From: Podarcis vaucheri
Taxonomy: Eukaryota
Assembly (NCBI GenBank): GCA_965113315.1
Contig: OZ220374.1
Direction: 5' to 3' (one strand)
DNA length: 64,000 nt
Shown here in pieces: positions 12,781 through 27,175 of this stretch; the first letter of the stretch is position 1; each line of letters opens with the position of its first letter. A model generated the notes under the pieces. It ran no database searches. It saw nothing but the letters and a program-made list of their open reading frames with translations, and had not been told where the DNA came from. Both the position numbers and the translations under genes were made by a program.

Positions 12781-15700
12781 GGATAGTGGGGAGGATTCTG
12801 AAAGAGGAAGGAAGGTAGAGATGCGGAGTGCGTGGCTGGCTGGGAGAAACACTGAGGACCAGTAACTTTCCTTTTTAATGAGGACACGCCCCTACCTGCG
12901 GACAAAGGGGAGGCCAGATAAACAGCCTTTGCACCAGAGAAGAGAGACGGAAAGACCCTTTCAAGCTCAAATGGTTAAAATGCTGCGTTCCCCACCACAA
13001 CATTGGGATGTCTGTGCAACTTTAAATCAGTGCAACTCACTTCTGAGAGAACTCGTTTTTATTCAGCGCAAAAGCGCCTTGCAATAAAAGGGGAATAATA
13101 AAACAGAGGTCGGGGGAACATAAATGCAAATGTCTGGGCGGAGGGGTTTTCAGAAGCCTCGGGGATGTGGATACCGGGACAAGGAGGTTCCAGATTTGCT
13201 AGCTAGGATCTGCGCCGCTGTTACGGGATGCTAGCAATTTCACAGGCAAGGAGACGTTCGGTGCTACTGCCATGGGGTGGGAGGAAGGTTGCGGTAGGTC
13301 GTGCGTGGTTTAATAAAGAGAAGAGCTATCGCCTGCCTGTGGAAAAGAGGAAGCAGCTGTATACTGACCATTTGTCCATTTAGCTCAGTATTGCCCACAC
13401 GGACAGGCAGTGGCTCTCCAGGGTTTGAGGCAGCGGTTTCTCTCAGCCCTACCTCGAAGTGTCAGGCCTTGAACCCGGGGCCTTCTGCAGGCAAGCCAGA
13501 TGCCAGAGAGGAAAGGCATGAGAAGAGAGCGAGCCTGGTGGACTTTTATGAGTCTCTAATGCAAATTCAGAGGGACAGGGTTATATGCATAGTGAAGAAG
13601 CACAGGAGTCGGCCTTATACCGGGTGAGACCACTGGTCCGCCTAGCTCACCCACTCCTACCCCCACCCCCTTTCTTCATCTTGACTGTCCTTAATGGAAT
13701 AACTATTTGTTGTTACAGTATTCACATTTTGAAAGTGCAGGTTAGCAACAGCTACTGAGCTGCTAGCAACCATTATTATTCCATTAAAAATCTGACTGGG
13801 TAGGGAATTTAATAAGGGTTCAAGTCCAGAACTATGTGTAGCCTGAACAGACAGGTGGGCAGGGAAAGGAAGGGAGGGTCATATTCTTTGCTTGGTTGGG
13901 GGGGGCGAATTCAGGTATGGAGGACCCCATAAAGAGAGGGGGGGCAGTCCTCCTTGTGAGGGACGGGGGATTTTCCTGCCTTCAAGACGCCGAGACCAAA
14001 GAAAGTGGTGTCAAAACCTCTATCTCTTTAACTGCTTCTCTATATACATAAATATCTATCTCGCTATATACATAAACATATATGAATATACATCAATGAA
14101 AGGTTAAGTGGTGACACGTGTCCCTCATCCTGGGTCATGGAGTGGGGAGCCGTTCATCTGAACAACTAGGTCTCTATGGTATATTTTTCATCTCATTCGA
14201 CAGATATGAGGGCAGCTTTCTTGGGCTCTTTCAGAAGACAGAGCCAACCATAGCGTGAGTTTCAGATCCGAAAGGCAACTGGTTTCCCATTGATTTTCTT
14301 TTTTTTTTTTATTCAAGAGGCTAAGAGATTAATCCTCACACAGAGTTCATCTAGGCCCAGGATCTATTGGTTAGAGTTGCTTGGACACAGGCAGGCGCAC
14401 ACGTTGTGTGTATGGCTGTGGGTATTACATATGCACAGACGTTTTTCCCTACCCTATGGGAAACATCAGCAATTACCTGCTTCAGGTGTCCTTTGAAGGC
14501 AAATCCCACCACCACCGCCAGGCCTTCTCTGATCATTCAGCTGCACCCTGTCATTTTTGTACATTTTGCCTCCTTTTTACTGCTCTTCTGATTGTTTTGC
14601 TGCATATTGGTAATTTTCCAGGTTTTTTTGTCGTTGTACACCTATCAGAGGATTTTCTTGTACCATAAAGCTGTACAGAAATGGTCTTGAACAAAGACAT
14701 AAATCAGGCTGAATATTCAAAAACTCCAAATATCTCCCCCCCCCCTCGACTTGAGATGTTTATCCTTCAGAAGCCTGCAAGGAATATTGGAGTCGTTGAA
14801 GCCAACAGCATTGCAGTGTAGGCCAGAACTCAACTTTCACGCCTCGCTTCTGCGAAGCCCCCCCGCCCTCTGAAAAAGGAAAAGCGTTCTTCACGCCACC
14901 GCTCCTAGGTAGGACAACATGAAGGAGGCATATGGGACGGGGAAGTTTTATTCAAGCAGCACGCTGCCTATAAAGTTCCCATGTAAAAGCAGTTTTAAAA
15001 AAGTGACATTTACGCACAATCGCTCCTTCCTTGGGTGGCTCTCAAGAATGGCTGGGCACGCACCCCTCTTTGTGTGTGTACTGAATGTCCCCTTTCCGGA
15101 GAAAGTCCTGGAATAAAGGACACCTTGGGGCTCCGTCTGCGCTTCTCTCTTCCACCTTCCTTTGCATCATTTCTAAGAGATGGGGGGGGGGGGGAGAGAG
15201 AAGGAGAGTGGAACAGCTGCAGCCCCAGAGCTTAGGTGAAGCTGACTAGACCCAGCCCTAGCGAAGAGCAGCTCTGTTTTCTTTCATCTCCCCTTTGATA
15301 GCGGAGCTGATCTGAACTTCCTACCTCGTTACAACTTTTCTTCCTCCTTTCCTCCCCCCGGCCCCCCCGCCCCCACCCACTTTTTATTACTCGCGCGTAG
15401 TAATTAATTCCTCCTTGGCGCGTTTCCTCTCCTGCAGTGATCTTTGGGTCACTGGTTTGTACATATGGCGAGCTGATAATGAAAAGGAGGCGACCGCGGG
15501 GTGGGGGGGGGAGAGCGAGGTCGGGATGGGGGCCCCGCTTCCTTGTTCCTGCAGGAGAGGCGCTTGGCTGGGCGCGCAACCTCCGCGCCTTCCCGCGCCC
15601 CCAGACCTATGGCTCGAGCCCCGTTGTACCTTGAAGAGGAGGGCGGGGTAGAGGGCGGGAGGGGGGAGCGATCCAAGTTTTGCAATAGCCCTGATCCTCC

Positions 15701-17675
15701 TCGCCTGTCAAGGAGTAGCTGCTCCTTCTGACTCCTGGCCCCGTTTCATCGACGAGCTCCAAGAAAAGCCACATCAAAAGGCCATACCCGTCTTTCTTGT
15801 CTAATAAGGTTCTGTAGACGGAGATGCTTCGGATCTGTTTTCACACACAGGGAGCATATATAAGACGTGTGATTGTTATAAAAAAAGAATTTAAAAAAAA
15901 TGTCAAGCCAGTTTCCAGCCCTCGTGTTTCTCTTTGAAAAGTTAGACGGGACGTCACAAACTTTTAAAGGCTGTCCATTCTAGCTAGGAACCACAACAAG
16001 ACGTCGAGAGTTGGGTGGTTGTTGACAGAAAATCAATGATGACGCATTAAAATAAATTAATGTAAAGGGGGGGTTGTGTCTGACTTCTATTTTTGAATTT
16101 TCGGGTGAGCGTGATGCATCTGGCTGCAACAGGTTCGATTGGCAACCCAGCGTTCGCCCTGGAAAGCGCCGGTCCCCAAACTGGTTAAGCTGATGCAGTA
16201 AAATGATAAAGGAGAGTCATTACACTCTGGGGCTCCGGACTCCAGTAAATACGTTTGGTTTACTTAGGAGTAAGTCCCTTGATTCCCGCCGAGTTTACTT
16301 TCTAAGGAAGTACGGGAAGGATCGGGGCTCCGCCCTAGAGCAACTTTACTTGCAAGTAAAAGTCGACATGACGTTTCTCACGGGTAAACGAAGTTCAAAA
16401 CCAACCTGGGACTTGGGGCTCTACGTGGCAATTCCTGTAGGCATCTGTGCTTTAAAATATACACAATCTTGTTACACCAATGGGACTACTCCAGAGTAGG
16501 TAGGGGGAAACGTATGCTTGCTGCAGATGGTTATAATTTTGCAGAATGACCCACTTCTTTCGAAACTTGGGGTCTGTCTGAGATTTTATGATAATTCACT
16601 TTTTCCCAAGCAAGGCTTGCAAGTAACGAGAGTCTTGTGAAAAGTCTGGAGACGTTCTGTAGATCGTAGTGGGCAGCTTGATAAATAGGTGGTAACTTTT
16701 TTTATACCCCCCTCCTCAGGGGGGAAAAAATGTCCTTATTTATTTCAGTGAGTTGACGTTGTTGAATTCCTGTGGGATGCTTTCTTTGGAAACCTCCAAA
16801 GCGAACAACAGGCACGACCAACCTGTTTGCTCCTGGTTGGGACTCGGCAAAGGCCGCTGAAGCTGCTCTTATCTCCAGGCCCATCTCTCCACGATTTTGC
16901 TCGTCTCTCAACACCTTTGTCCGACCAGGAGCTTTCTGCAGCCCGGGATAAAGGCGACCGTTGCCAGCCAGCGGGAGACAACCATTAATTTCACATTAAA
17001 CTTAGCCCCATCCGCGCCGTTCACTTGATGACGCGTGAGGAGTCCCACGGCAACTGGGGGAAGAAATAAACTTGGATAAAGCAAAAACTTATTTTCAAAA
17101 CTTTCGGATTCCGCCCCCCTCCCAATCCGTATTTTATATTATTTGCATATATCATAACCTCATCCGCAAAGTTATTTCAACATAAGCAGCTTTGGTCAAC
17201 CTTATTATGTAAAAATAAATCCTTTAAAAAATACACACACCCCTTCCTTGTCTTCGAGGCCAAGGTGGCGGAGGTGCTAAGTCTAACTTTCTTGAGAAGT
17301 TGCCCCCTTAAGTTCTCTTCCCCCCGCCTCCCCCCCCCCCGCGATTTCAAAAGGTCCTTTCCATTGTGTTTCTATCTAGATGGGCAGATAGCAAGGTGTC
17401 TCGCTTCCACTCCGCTCCATATATTCCGCACCAGCATCTGTTACTCTTCCTAACAAAAATTTACCACTCTGCCAAAAAAAAAAAAAAGTTTAAGAGGAGT
17501 GGAAGAAGAAAAAAGAAAAGAAAAGAAAACATGTAATTGATGTTATCCCAAGAAAGCTCAGTCTCCACCCCCTTTCATTTCCAAGCCCTTCAGGTACAAG
17601 GAGAAGAGCGAGAGAATGAGAGATGTTCCAAGATTTTTTTTGTTGTTGATGGTGTGTGTTTTTTTTTGCCTTCTT

Positions 17676-17760
17676 CAGGGTTAATACATCAGAAGGCGAG
17701 CTTCTCCCGCCTCGGCCAATCAGAACTCAGCCCTGGCAGCTATAATATAGAACTAAAGGC
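17676..17760 (+). promoter_or_regulatory. SHH core promoter (CCAAT box and TATA box)
   Basis: GGCCAATCAG (CCAAT 17716-17720) and CTATAATATAG (TATA 17741) lie about 470 bp upstream of the ATG. The order and the flank CTTCAGGGTTAA..CATCAGAAG resemble the mammalian Shh promoter as I recall it. Confidence 0.8.
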
Positions 17761-17905
17761 AGGCTCCACTCAAAGCGTTTGTAGCTGAGCTCCCATTAGA
17801 ATCCAGACCTTTTTTTCCCTCCCCCTTCCTTCCGCCTTCATTCTTGCTTTCCTGAACGTTTTTTTGGGGGGGTCTCTGCCTCCCGGTGCCACGATCCCAA
17901 CTCCG

Positions 17906-18013
17906 ATGAGTTCCGTTATCACAAGCGACCTCCTCGAAGCTGCCATTCCAGCACCTGTCTGGCTAGGGATCGGGGGAGAGTATCCGAAGGAGCAGGCAGC
18001 GAAAAGGCGATAG
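17906..18013 (+). other. Upstream ORF (35 aa) in predicted SHH 5' UTR
   Basis: ATG 17906 to TAG 18011-18013, MSSVITSDLLEAAIPAPVWLGIGGEYPKEQAAKRR*. It lies between the TATA box and the main ATG. Confidence 0.6.
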
Positions 18014-18076
18014 CAGGCTCTGAAAGAACCGCAGATCTCCAGAGAGAGAGAGAGGGAGAGGGAGAGAGACAGATAG

Positions 18077-18715
<639 letters not shown>

Positions 18716-19437
18716 TAAGTTTGCAAGAGAAAGGTGGGCGGGTGGGCGCCTCTACCTGTCTGCCTATCTGTGTGCATTTATTCCTTCTCCTGGGCTGTGA
18801 CCAAGGAGGCTGGAGAGAGGGGGAGCGCGCGCGTGTGAATGGTGTGATAGTTGCAGGGAGAACCACGCTATGCCCTTCCCTGGGAGTTGGTTGGTTAGCT
18901 GGTTCTGAGTACATCCTGCCCCCTCCCCACCCCCCCAAGGGACCGACTTGGATCTAACGAATAGGGTGGCGCTAATGGGGCCCCTAAGTGCATATCGACT
19001 GTGCTAAACCCCTTCTTTCCCTTGGGCATATATTTTATTTTAATTTTTTAAATTTAGATGCATACAGTTTAAATTAACCACCTTTCCCTAATTGCACCTT
19101 GCAAGCTTCTGCCAGTTAGGTCGGGATCTTTCACTTCTGAAAGGCTAGCTTGAAGTTCAGTGGCAATCATAGTAATAATAATTAATAATAATAATAATAA
19201 CAGCGTGATCACCGTTATTATGCGCGTTCGACTTATCGCCGTGCTGCAAAACCATCTTTTGCAACTGTGCCAAACAGAGCGTTAATCTATCGATTTTCCT
19301 TTAAGGATGCTCACCACCAGAGCTATATTCCTTCCCCGTCCCCGCCCCCACCGCAAGAGGGGGAGGGACAAGTAACTTAAGCAGCATTGCATCACTTGTT
19401 TGAGAGAAAGGGAGAATATCCGATGTATGGTTGGTGC

Positions 19438-19470
<33 letters not shown>
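19438..19470. repeat. (TCTA)n microsatellite
   Basis: Direct reading. Confidence 0.95.
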
Positions 19471-22400
19471 CCATGCATATATAGATACGTATATATACAT
19501 ATTCTGAACGCACCCGATTCCATAAATATTGGATATGTGCTAAAAATTGGATCCTGGAACTATTAATCCATTAACCAGCAACCTTTTACTAGGTGAAGAA
19601 TTCTTCTGATCATCCTGAATCATAGCTAATGATTGCTCTTTGATCAGGGGTGGTGGTGCTATTTGCCATAAACTCTAACCCCCCCCCCCCCCGCGCACCA
19701 GCCTCCTAGTTTCGGAGTTCTTCCAACTACCTGCAATGTCATCCAGTCCCTAGAAATGGGTTTCCTTCCAAATATAGGTCAACAGTCGTAGCCCCCCTCC
19801 TCCCCGCACCTCAGTCGCTATTAATATATTTAAGCCCCACCTTCGTTTCTATAATAAGAGCTCAGCTGGAGTCTCCACGAGGAGGTGGGGGGGATTTCCT
19901 AAACTCTGCCCTCTCCGCTCCTCTTCCCCACCTCCTCTTCCTCCTCCCCATTCTTCTCCCGCGGCCTGATTTTCCGCACGTTTAGGAGATTTATCCGGGC
20001 CAAACGGAAGAGCGGCGGCTGCCGCCGCGATCTCCAGCCGACCACCTTAAATCTGACTGCACCTTAGGAGGGTGCTGACGCGCGCGCCGCGCCGCGCCGC
20101 GCGAGCCTCCCTTAACCAGGGACAGGCCAGCGCGCGGGGCTTGGGGAGAGTTCAGCGCCCGATCCCGCCTCCTGCAAGGCGAGAGAGAACGAAGGCGAAG
20201 CGCAAATGGAGAGGGCAAGGCCAGCGGCGAGGAAGAGGGGTGCCATGGCATTGTGGGCGACCTCCTCCTCTGCTCCAGTTCCCAGTCTCCTTCCATCATC
20301 TCCCACCCCACCCCCGCCTCCACCTCCCCATACGCGCACACTTTCCTCATCTGCCAAGATGCAAGAACTGGGGGGTAGCTGTGCGGCGGCCAGTCCAGCC
20401 CATCTCGCATTTTCAGCTCCACTTACTCCTCTTGTATCGATCGCAACGGCTAGAATTTCAGTTTGTATCCTTTTGAAAGGCGGCCGAGGCGGCGGCTGCT
20501 GCTGCTGCTGCTGCTGCCGTCTTCTGATGCTGCTGACTTGCTGTGTGGCGCGGAAGCTCCAGGAACAGACGCCCCCCCCCTCCCGCCTTCTCCCTCTCTC
20601 CCTCTGTGCGCGCATCCCCACAGCACGAGCCTAACATGTTATGTCTAGATCTTCTTAGGCGAAGTCAATCAGAAAAGCAATCGCAAGCAAGTGCCTTCCT
20701 TCTCAAGAGAGCATGGGACGAGCTTGGGAACAGGGCATAGATGCATATGAGCAATTGGGGGGGGGGCGCAGCAAGGAGGAGATGCCGGCCTCTGTTGCTC
20801 GGCTCTAGGTTGCTTCTCTACACACGACCCCCCCCCCCCCGCTTCCAGCCCCGCAGCCTTCTTCCCAAGCGCCTTGGGGTCTCTCTCTGAGCGCAGAGCG
20901 CAGAGCAAAGCTTCCCTTCCTTCTACTCGGCTGGCCTCCTTTGCTGCATTAGCTAGCAGCGTTTGAACTTCTGACCTTCTGTCAACTTCCCTCAGACGAA
21001 GGAAACAGAAAAACAACATCACACACACACGCTTCGCAGTGCCTCTGATTCCCTTGTATACAAAGGGGGCACCTGGGAATGCGAGGTGCGGAGTGTTGTG
21101 TGCGCAATGGGAGGAAGGGCAAGGTGAGGAGAGCTGCTGCGCCCGCCAGGCGCCTCAGCGATGCCACTCGTCCAATGGACTTGGAAGGACGCTGGGTGGG
21201 GATTTCGAGGGTGGGGGTGAGACTTTTGGGGGGTGGGCGGGTTAAAAAGAGAGCAAGAACCAAGCAGGAGAGTGGGATCCCCGTTTGGGTGGGCCGGATA
21301 AGCAGACCTCGGTGGCCAAGTCCGTCGAGGCGGAGCGCAAAGGCCGCCTCGAGGGCATCCGCGGAAGCGAATCTGCTGCGACCCCAAGTGTGGATGCGGC
21401 GCTGCAGGTTGTGGGGAGGGAGGGGTAGAAAGCGTGGGGCGGGATGTGCCTTTGAGATGCAGAGTGTCAGTATGAATTGATCCCAGTCTGGTGGGTCACC
21501 TCATCAGATCTGTTCCCCCACGCTTTGCCTCCTGCTTCGTCCCGGCGCAGCCGAGATTCAGCCGAGCATTTGCCTGCTCCTTTCAACCTTGGGGGGAAGA
21601 AAGGGGGGGAGGCGCGGGGCGGAGAGGAGAGAGAGAGAGATCTGACGCCCTGGACGGAATTGTTAAACTTTCAGAGCAGTTGCTTGAATGCATTAGCCGC
21701 TGGTTAATATTAACTCCGGGAGTGGGGAGGGGGAGAAGAGCGCAAACAGAGAGAGCTCGGAGCTGGCGGGTGATTCCTAAGTTTACAGGTGACAGAAGCT
21801 CTTGGTTGAAGGGTTCTCCCCACCCCGCCTCCCACACCCAGCCCTACACACACACACGCGGCCAGCCATTGGCTGGATCTGCAGGCAAGATAAGGGTGCC
21901 AGCTCTTTTATGATAAAGTTGGAATTCGTCTGAAATAATAATAATAAACCCCAGGGGAGCCGTTAAGGAACCGCCGCCCCCTTCATAGCTCCCGGGAACT
22001 CTGAGCTCCCGGGAGCCAAAGAGAGGCACGCAGACCTAGTCTGGAAGGTCGTTCTCGCAGCCCGATCCTATGAATATTTACTTGGAAGTCAGTGCCACCG
22101 GGTTCAAGGGGACGGGGACTGCTGTTTACCGGGAGGACGGTAAATCCTACTGAGCTCAGTGGGGTTTACTTCTGAGCAGCGATACATAGGATTGCAGCTT
22201 TACTCCCAAGGGTTGCAGATTTTCGCAGCCCGGGACTTTGTCTGTTTACTCGAGAGTAAATCTCACACAGAGTGGGGCGAGGACGGCTCCCCGCAGCCTC
22301 GCTATGAAGGTATTGACTGGTGCATAGGAGCGCGATCCTATGCCTACCTGCCTACTCAGAAGCCACCGCCAGCGGGGCTTACTCTCGGGTAAAACGATCG

Positions 22401-25400
22401 CTGCCTGGCTTGGGGACAGGATCGCGCTGCGGCGGTCCCGACAGGTGCCTGTTCGAAGTGTGGGTCGGCTGGCTGGGGGGAAAGAGGGAGGCGGCGGGCG
22501 GCTTGTTGAGCCCCTCGGCCAGGCCCCTTTGGCGTGCGCGCGCAGACGCACACGGCGCCCACCGACGCGGTCCTGCTGCGCTTCACGGTGGCTGAGCAGA
22601 GCGGGGCTTGATCGGCGGCACACGACCCGATGAATTAATAAATAGCTGAGGCTTCACGGCTTTTGACTCTGACAATCCCGGCTCAGCCGGTCTTTCCCTC
22701 CCCCTCCTCTCTGCGCTTGGCAAAGAGGCTGCTCGGAGCTGCCAGAGAATCCCCAAAGCTGCCCTTTCCTCCCTGCCGGCCACCGCGCGCCCCGTCCCTC
22801 CAAGGCCTCCCATTGAGAATGGAATCTGCCCTGGAAGTTCAGGTGTCTGGGCTCCGAGGGTGTAAGATTTTCCTTACGCCCCCCGCCCCCCCTTCAGCCT
22901 AGCCTGCGATGGTCAAAGTTTCAGGTCCCCACCTCCCCTTTCTGTCTTTCTTTCTTTCTTCCGCGGTGCAAAGGGAAAGGAAAGAGGCGGAATGCGCCAC
23001 GACCCGGGCCACGCTGCGCAAGGAGTTTGCGCCAAGTCTGGGCACTTTCTAGCCATTGCGTGATCAGCTTCTCGCCTCTCCTTTCACAATTGTGATAACG
23101 GCGGTGATGATGTCACTGTTAATACAAAGCAAGCCCTTCCCGGCAATGCTAAGCGGTGGCGTTTTGCTCGTAGGAAGCGAAAACCTAGGCCTCGGCTGGC
23201 AGCTCTCTCTCTTGGAAAGGCTGGAACAGACGCGGGAGAAGCTCCTTCTGAGCAGCAGAAACGCCCCCCTCCCAAAAACAAAAAACAAACCAACAACACC
23301 CCACCTCCCTCCTTTCTGAAGGACCTGAAAGGGACACTCATGGCCTTTGCTACTTATTGCAAAGTTTGCTACTTAGTGGACGCTCTCTCCAATGTAGGGG
23401 GGAGGTGCTTTTCCCCGAAGAAAGGCAAAGTCTTTTTAAAATTCGGAATGCACAGAAAAGCGGGTTGCCCGGATTGTTGTGATTTAATTGGGGGCAGATT
23501 ATACATTTTCCATGTATGGAGGGGGGAAAAGGAAAAATATAATCGAAAGAATGGCCTGTGTTTTGGTATGTGTCTTTGGACTTTTCTCTCTCCTCCCCTG
23601 GCCAATCCAGGCCTGTGGCAAAGCTTCTTGGGGCTTCGATAGCTATAGTGAGGTCGGGGAAAGCGAGCGCCAGGAGGTTCCCCGGCTGCCGATTGCAGAG
23701 AGTCAACTGAGGGGTTGCAGGGCTGTAGATGACGCAGAAAGACCTCGGCCAAGAGTCCCTCCCACCTGGGGACAGTCAGAACCTGGGACCTTCTGCATTC
23801 AAAGCAGGTGCTCTTCTGACGACCTACGGCTCTCTGTCTCTCTCCATCCCTAAAAGCAGCCGAAGAGCACCCACAGGGCCCCAGAGAGCACATTCAGCAA
23901 TATCTGCTGAGCAAGATGCAGGAAGGAAACGGCAGTCTTGACACTTGCCAGTTGTATTAGGTTGGGAGGCCAGTATAGACACTGAGCAGAATCCAGTGGC
24001 GCAGCGGCTCTTGGATTTTATAATCTCAGGCTACAGGTGGGGGTTTGCATGTTTGAATTTCCTCCACACAAAAGGGAAATAATCTTCATGCAGATAAGAA
24101 ACAGCATTTCAGGAAGAAGATGGGTTTGGCCTGGTCTTATTTTTTTCTGAGTGCACTGAGAGGTTTTGGTTTGTCTGGAGAAAGAAGCCGTCAGACCTGC
24201 ACAGAACTTCAGCTTGAAGTGGCACAGTCTAGCAAAGGCTTTACGGTTGCAACTTTATTCTGAATAAGGTGGTAGGCAGAGTAGATCCAAGAGCAGAAAA
24301 TGTGGGGCTGAGTCCTCAATCCTGCGTAGCAAGGGGTAAGTCCCATTGGCCATTTGTGCGCTTCTGACTGAACCTTGGAATCAATGCTTTTGATATATCG
24401 GAAAGCTTAACTTTATAGAATGCTAGCCTTCCGTCAGTTTGCTTCAAAAGCCAACCCCACTGAAATAAACGGGACTTTCCCCACTTAGCACCCTGATCTT
24501 AACCTCAGTTCTGCTTGGGAGTAAAAATATTAGGATATGGGATGGCCAGTCCCATGGACACCTGGGAGGATTCCAGCAGCTGCTGTTTTAAGCGTACAAA
24601 GGGCAGGACCCTAGCAGGCATGTCTACTCAGAAGTATGTCCTATTGTGTCCAGCAAGGCTTACTCCCGTGTAAGGATCACAACTTTACTTGCAAATAGGT
24701 TCCAAGAAGGCGAAGCTAACTGGTTTCGGAGTACTGTACACGCATTTAGAGGTGTCCTCCTGGGTTATCAGATAACCGGGACTGTTGGTAAGGCTGGCCT
24801 TGTGGGTGCGTTTTCCAGTGGGGCATAGCTTAAGCCAGCCTCTGCACCCACCTCTTTCTCCCTGGGGTGCACCTGCTTGTTGTCCAAGGTTCGTTGTTTC
24901 AGTCCTGGGACTCCTATCTAAAAGGCACATTTTTAAACGTGCGGGTCCGCGCGTGAGTTTCTTGACCTTACGGCAGCTGGATCCCGTTGGATCGAACACA
25001 CGAGACCATGAGATGCGGGGAGGTACAGAAGGCAATTGTGTCCCCCGGTAAACTTCGCTCGGCTGCCAGTGTGGAGAAAGGGGTCTTGCCCTCCCGCGAC
25101 ACACTAAAAGCATAAGGAACGAACACCCGTGGCGCTTGGAAGGGCCGGGGACGCGAGTGGGAAGCGTTGCCGGGACTTCCATACTTAATTCCGCACATCT
25201 CCAGGGAGGGCTGGGAGAGCCTCCTGCTGAAATTCTGGGAGAGCCACTGCCAGTCAGTGTAGACGGTATGGAGCTACAAGGACCCTCAGTGTCAGCTGCT
25301 TCCTATATCACCACGTTCCAATTATGGGATCCAAAATTATTCTTCTTGGGAGATTCCAGCGTAGGGTGCCTGTGAGCGATCCTCGGGGCAGAGATTAGAG

Positions 25401-25443
25401 CCTATGCCTAGGTTCTCCGTGATGGGTTAAGGGTTAAGACCGC

Positions 25444-25445
<2 letters not shown>

Positions 25446-25524
<79 letters not shown>
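25446..25524. repeat. (CT)n(CA)n compound microsatellite
   Basis: Direct reading. Confidence 0.95.
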
Positions 25525-26821
25525 GTTTCGTGCAGCTCGATCCTATCCACGTTTATACAGGAGCAAGTTCTATTGAAGGACTTATTCCCAAGGAAGTTTC
25601 CACGTCATCCACAGCCTCCTTTTCATGCCGTGGGTCTCTGCCGGGTAGTTCCTGCTCCCGTCTTTTCTACCCACCTGCTTCTTTGCCAGCCCCAACTGGG
25701 GCCTTTGCTCGCAAAACCGATTTGCGACGTATCCTAAACAGGCAGAAACGTTCAGGATGAAATCATGGGTGCGCACGGGTTTTTCCTCCATAGTGAGTGG
25801 GCAGAGGAGATGGCTTAAGAAGTAAATAAGTCTTGTTGGTTTTCGGAGAGGTGATGGGAAGCTTTAAGGCCGCGATCCTAAGACCGCGATCCCCCCTTCC
25901 CGGTTTCGAAATCAACACGGTTCTTTCTTACCTCCACTTCCGGAAGAGATTTTATAAAAAAATGTTTGCGATAGAATGCTTCGGTCACTGGAGGATACCA
26001 CCCACAAAACATCTGTGGATCGCACCTTTCTCCCCGCCCTGCCTTCTAAGATGTTCTCATATTCGATTCGCTCTGCTCTCAAACGCTCCCTAGAAATAAG
26101 CAACGTGGGTATGGGTCTAGTAAAGGTGTGTGTATGTGCGTGCGTGTGTGCGTGAGTCAATATCCTTGGCGTGGGAGGGGGGTGGGCTTAGCCAGTTGGG
26201 CCACAGGCCGGGAGACACGGGTAGCCGCTGGGATGGTTACCATGGATGCCTTTGCAGTCTGAGTCTTCCTCTTGACTCTGCGTGGAAATCCGGGGTCCAC
26301 GCAGAGTGGGAGAGCGCGCCCAGCAGCAGTGAGACTGCTATGGGGTGGGGAGGGATTGGAGCCCATTTAGGGGTGCAAGAGGAAGAGGAGCTATCCTAGC
26401 TGACATCCCTTCCGGATCCTGGCCTTAACAGAAGCGCACCAGATCGATATCAATGAGTGCACCGATCTGGTTTAGGGTTGAAGGATGGAGAATCTCCACC
26501 ATGTTGTTGCAGGGCTCCAGCTCCCATCACCCCCAGCCAGAATTGTCAGTGGCGGGGAATAGGGGGCCCAGCAGCTCCTGGGGGGCCCACAGGTTCCCTA
26601 TTCCTGATGCGAGGAGTAGGGAAGCGATTTGATTCGGGTACCGGAGTGCTGTTTAACCCTTTGCAGCCTTCGCGCGTCTCCAGAAAGATGCGTGCGGAAG
26701 GGAGGTGTGGATGGGTCGCTGCTGCTGCTGCTATTACTACCCTGGGATGGCGGGAGTGGGGAAGCAGGGAGCGGCTGGCCTTCGTTTCCTCCCCCTCGCG
26801 ATACTCCTGTGCTCTGCTTGA

Positions 26822-27175
<354 letters not shown>

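Noticed and set aside
19991-23941. Many overlapping ORFs including poly-Q/poly-C/poly-L tracts
   Set aside because: GC-rich intron 1 with a (GCT)n microsatellite; low-complexity translations in all frames.
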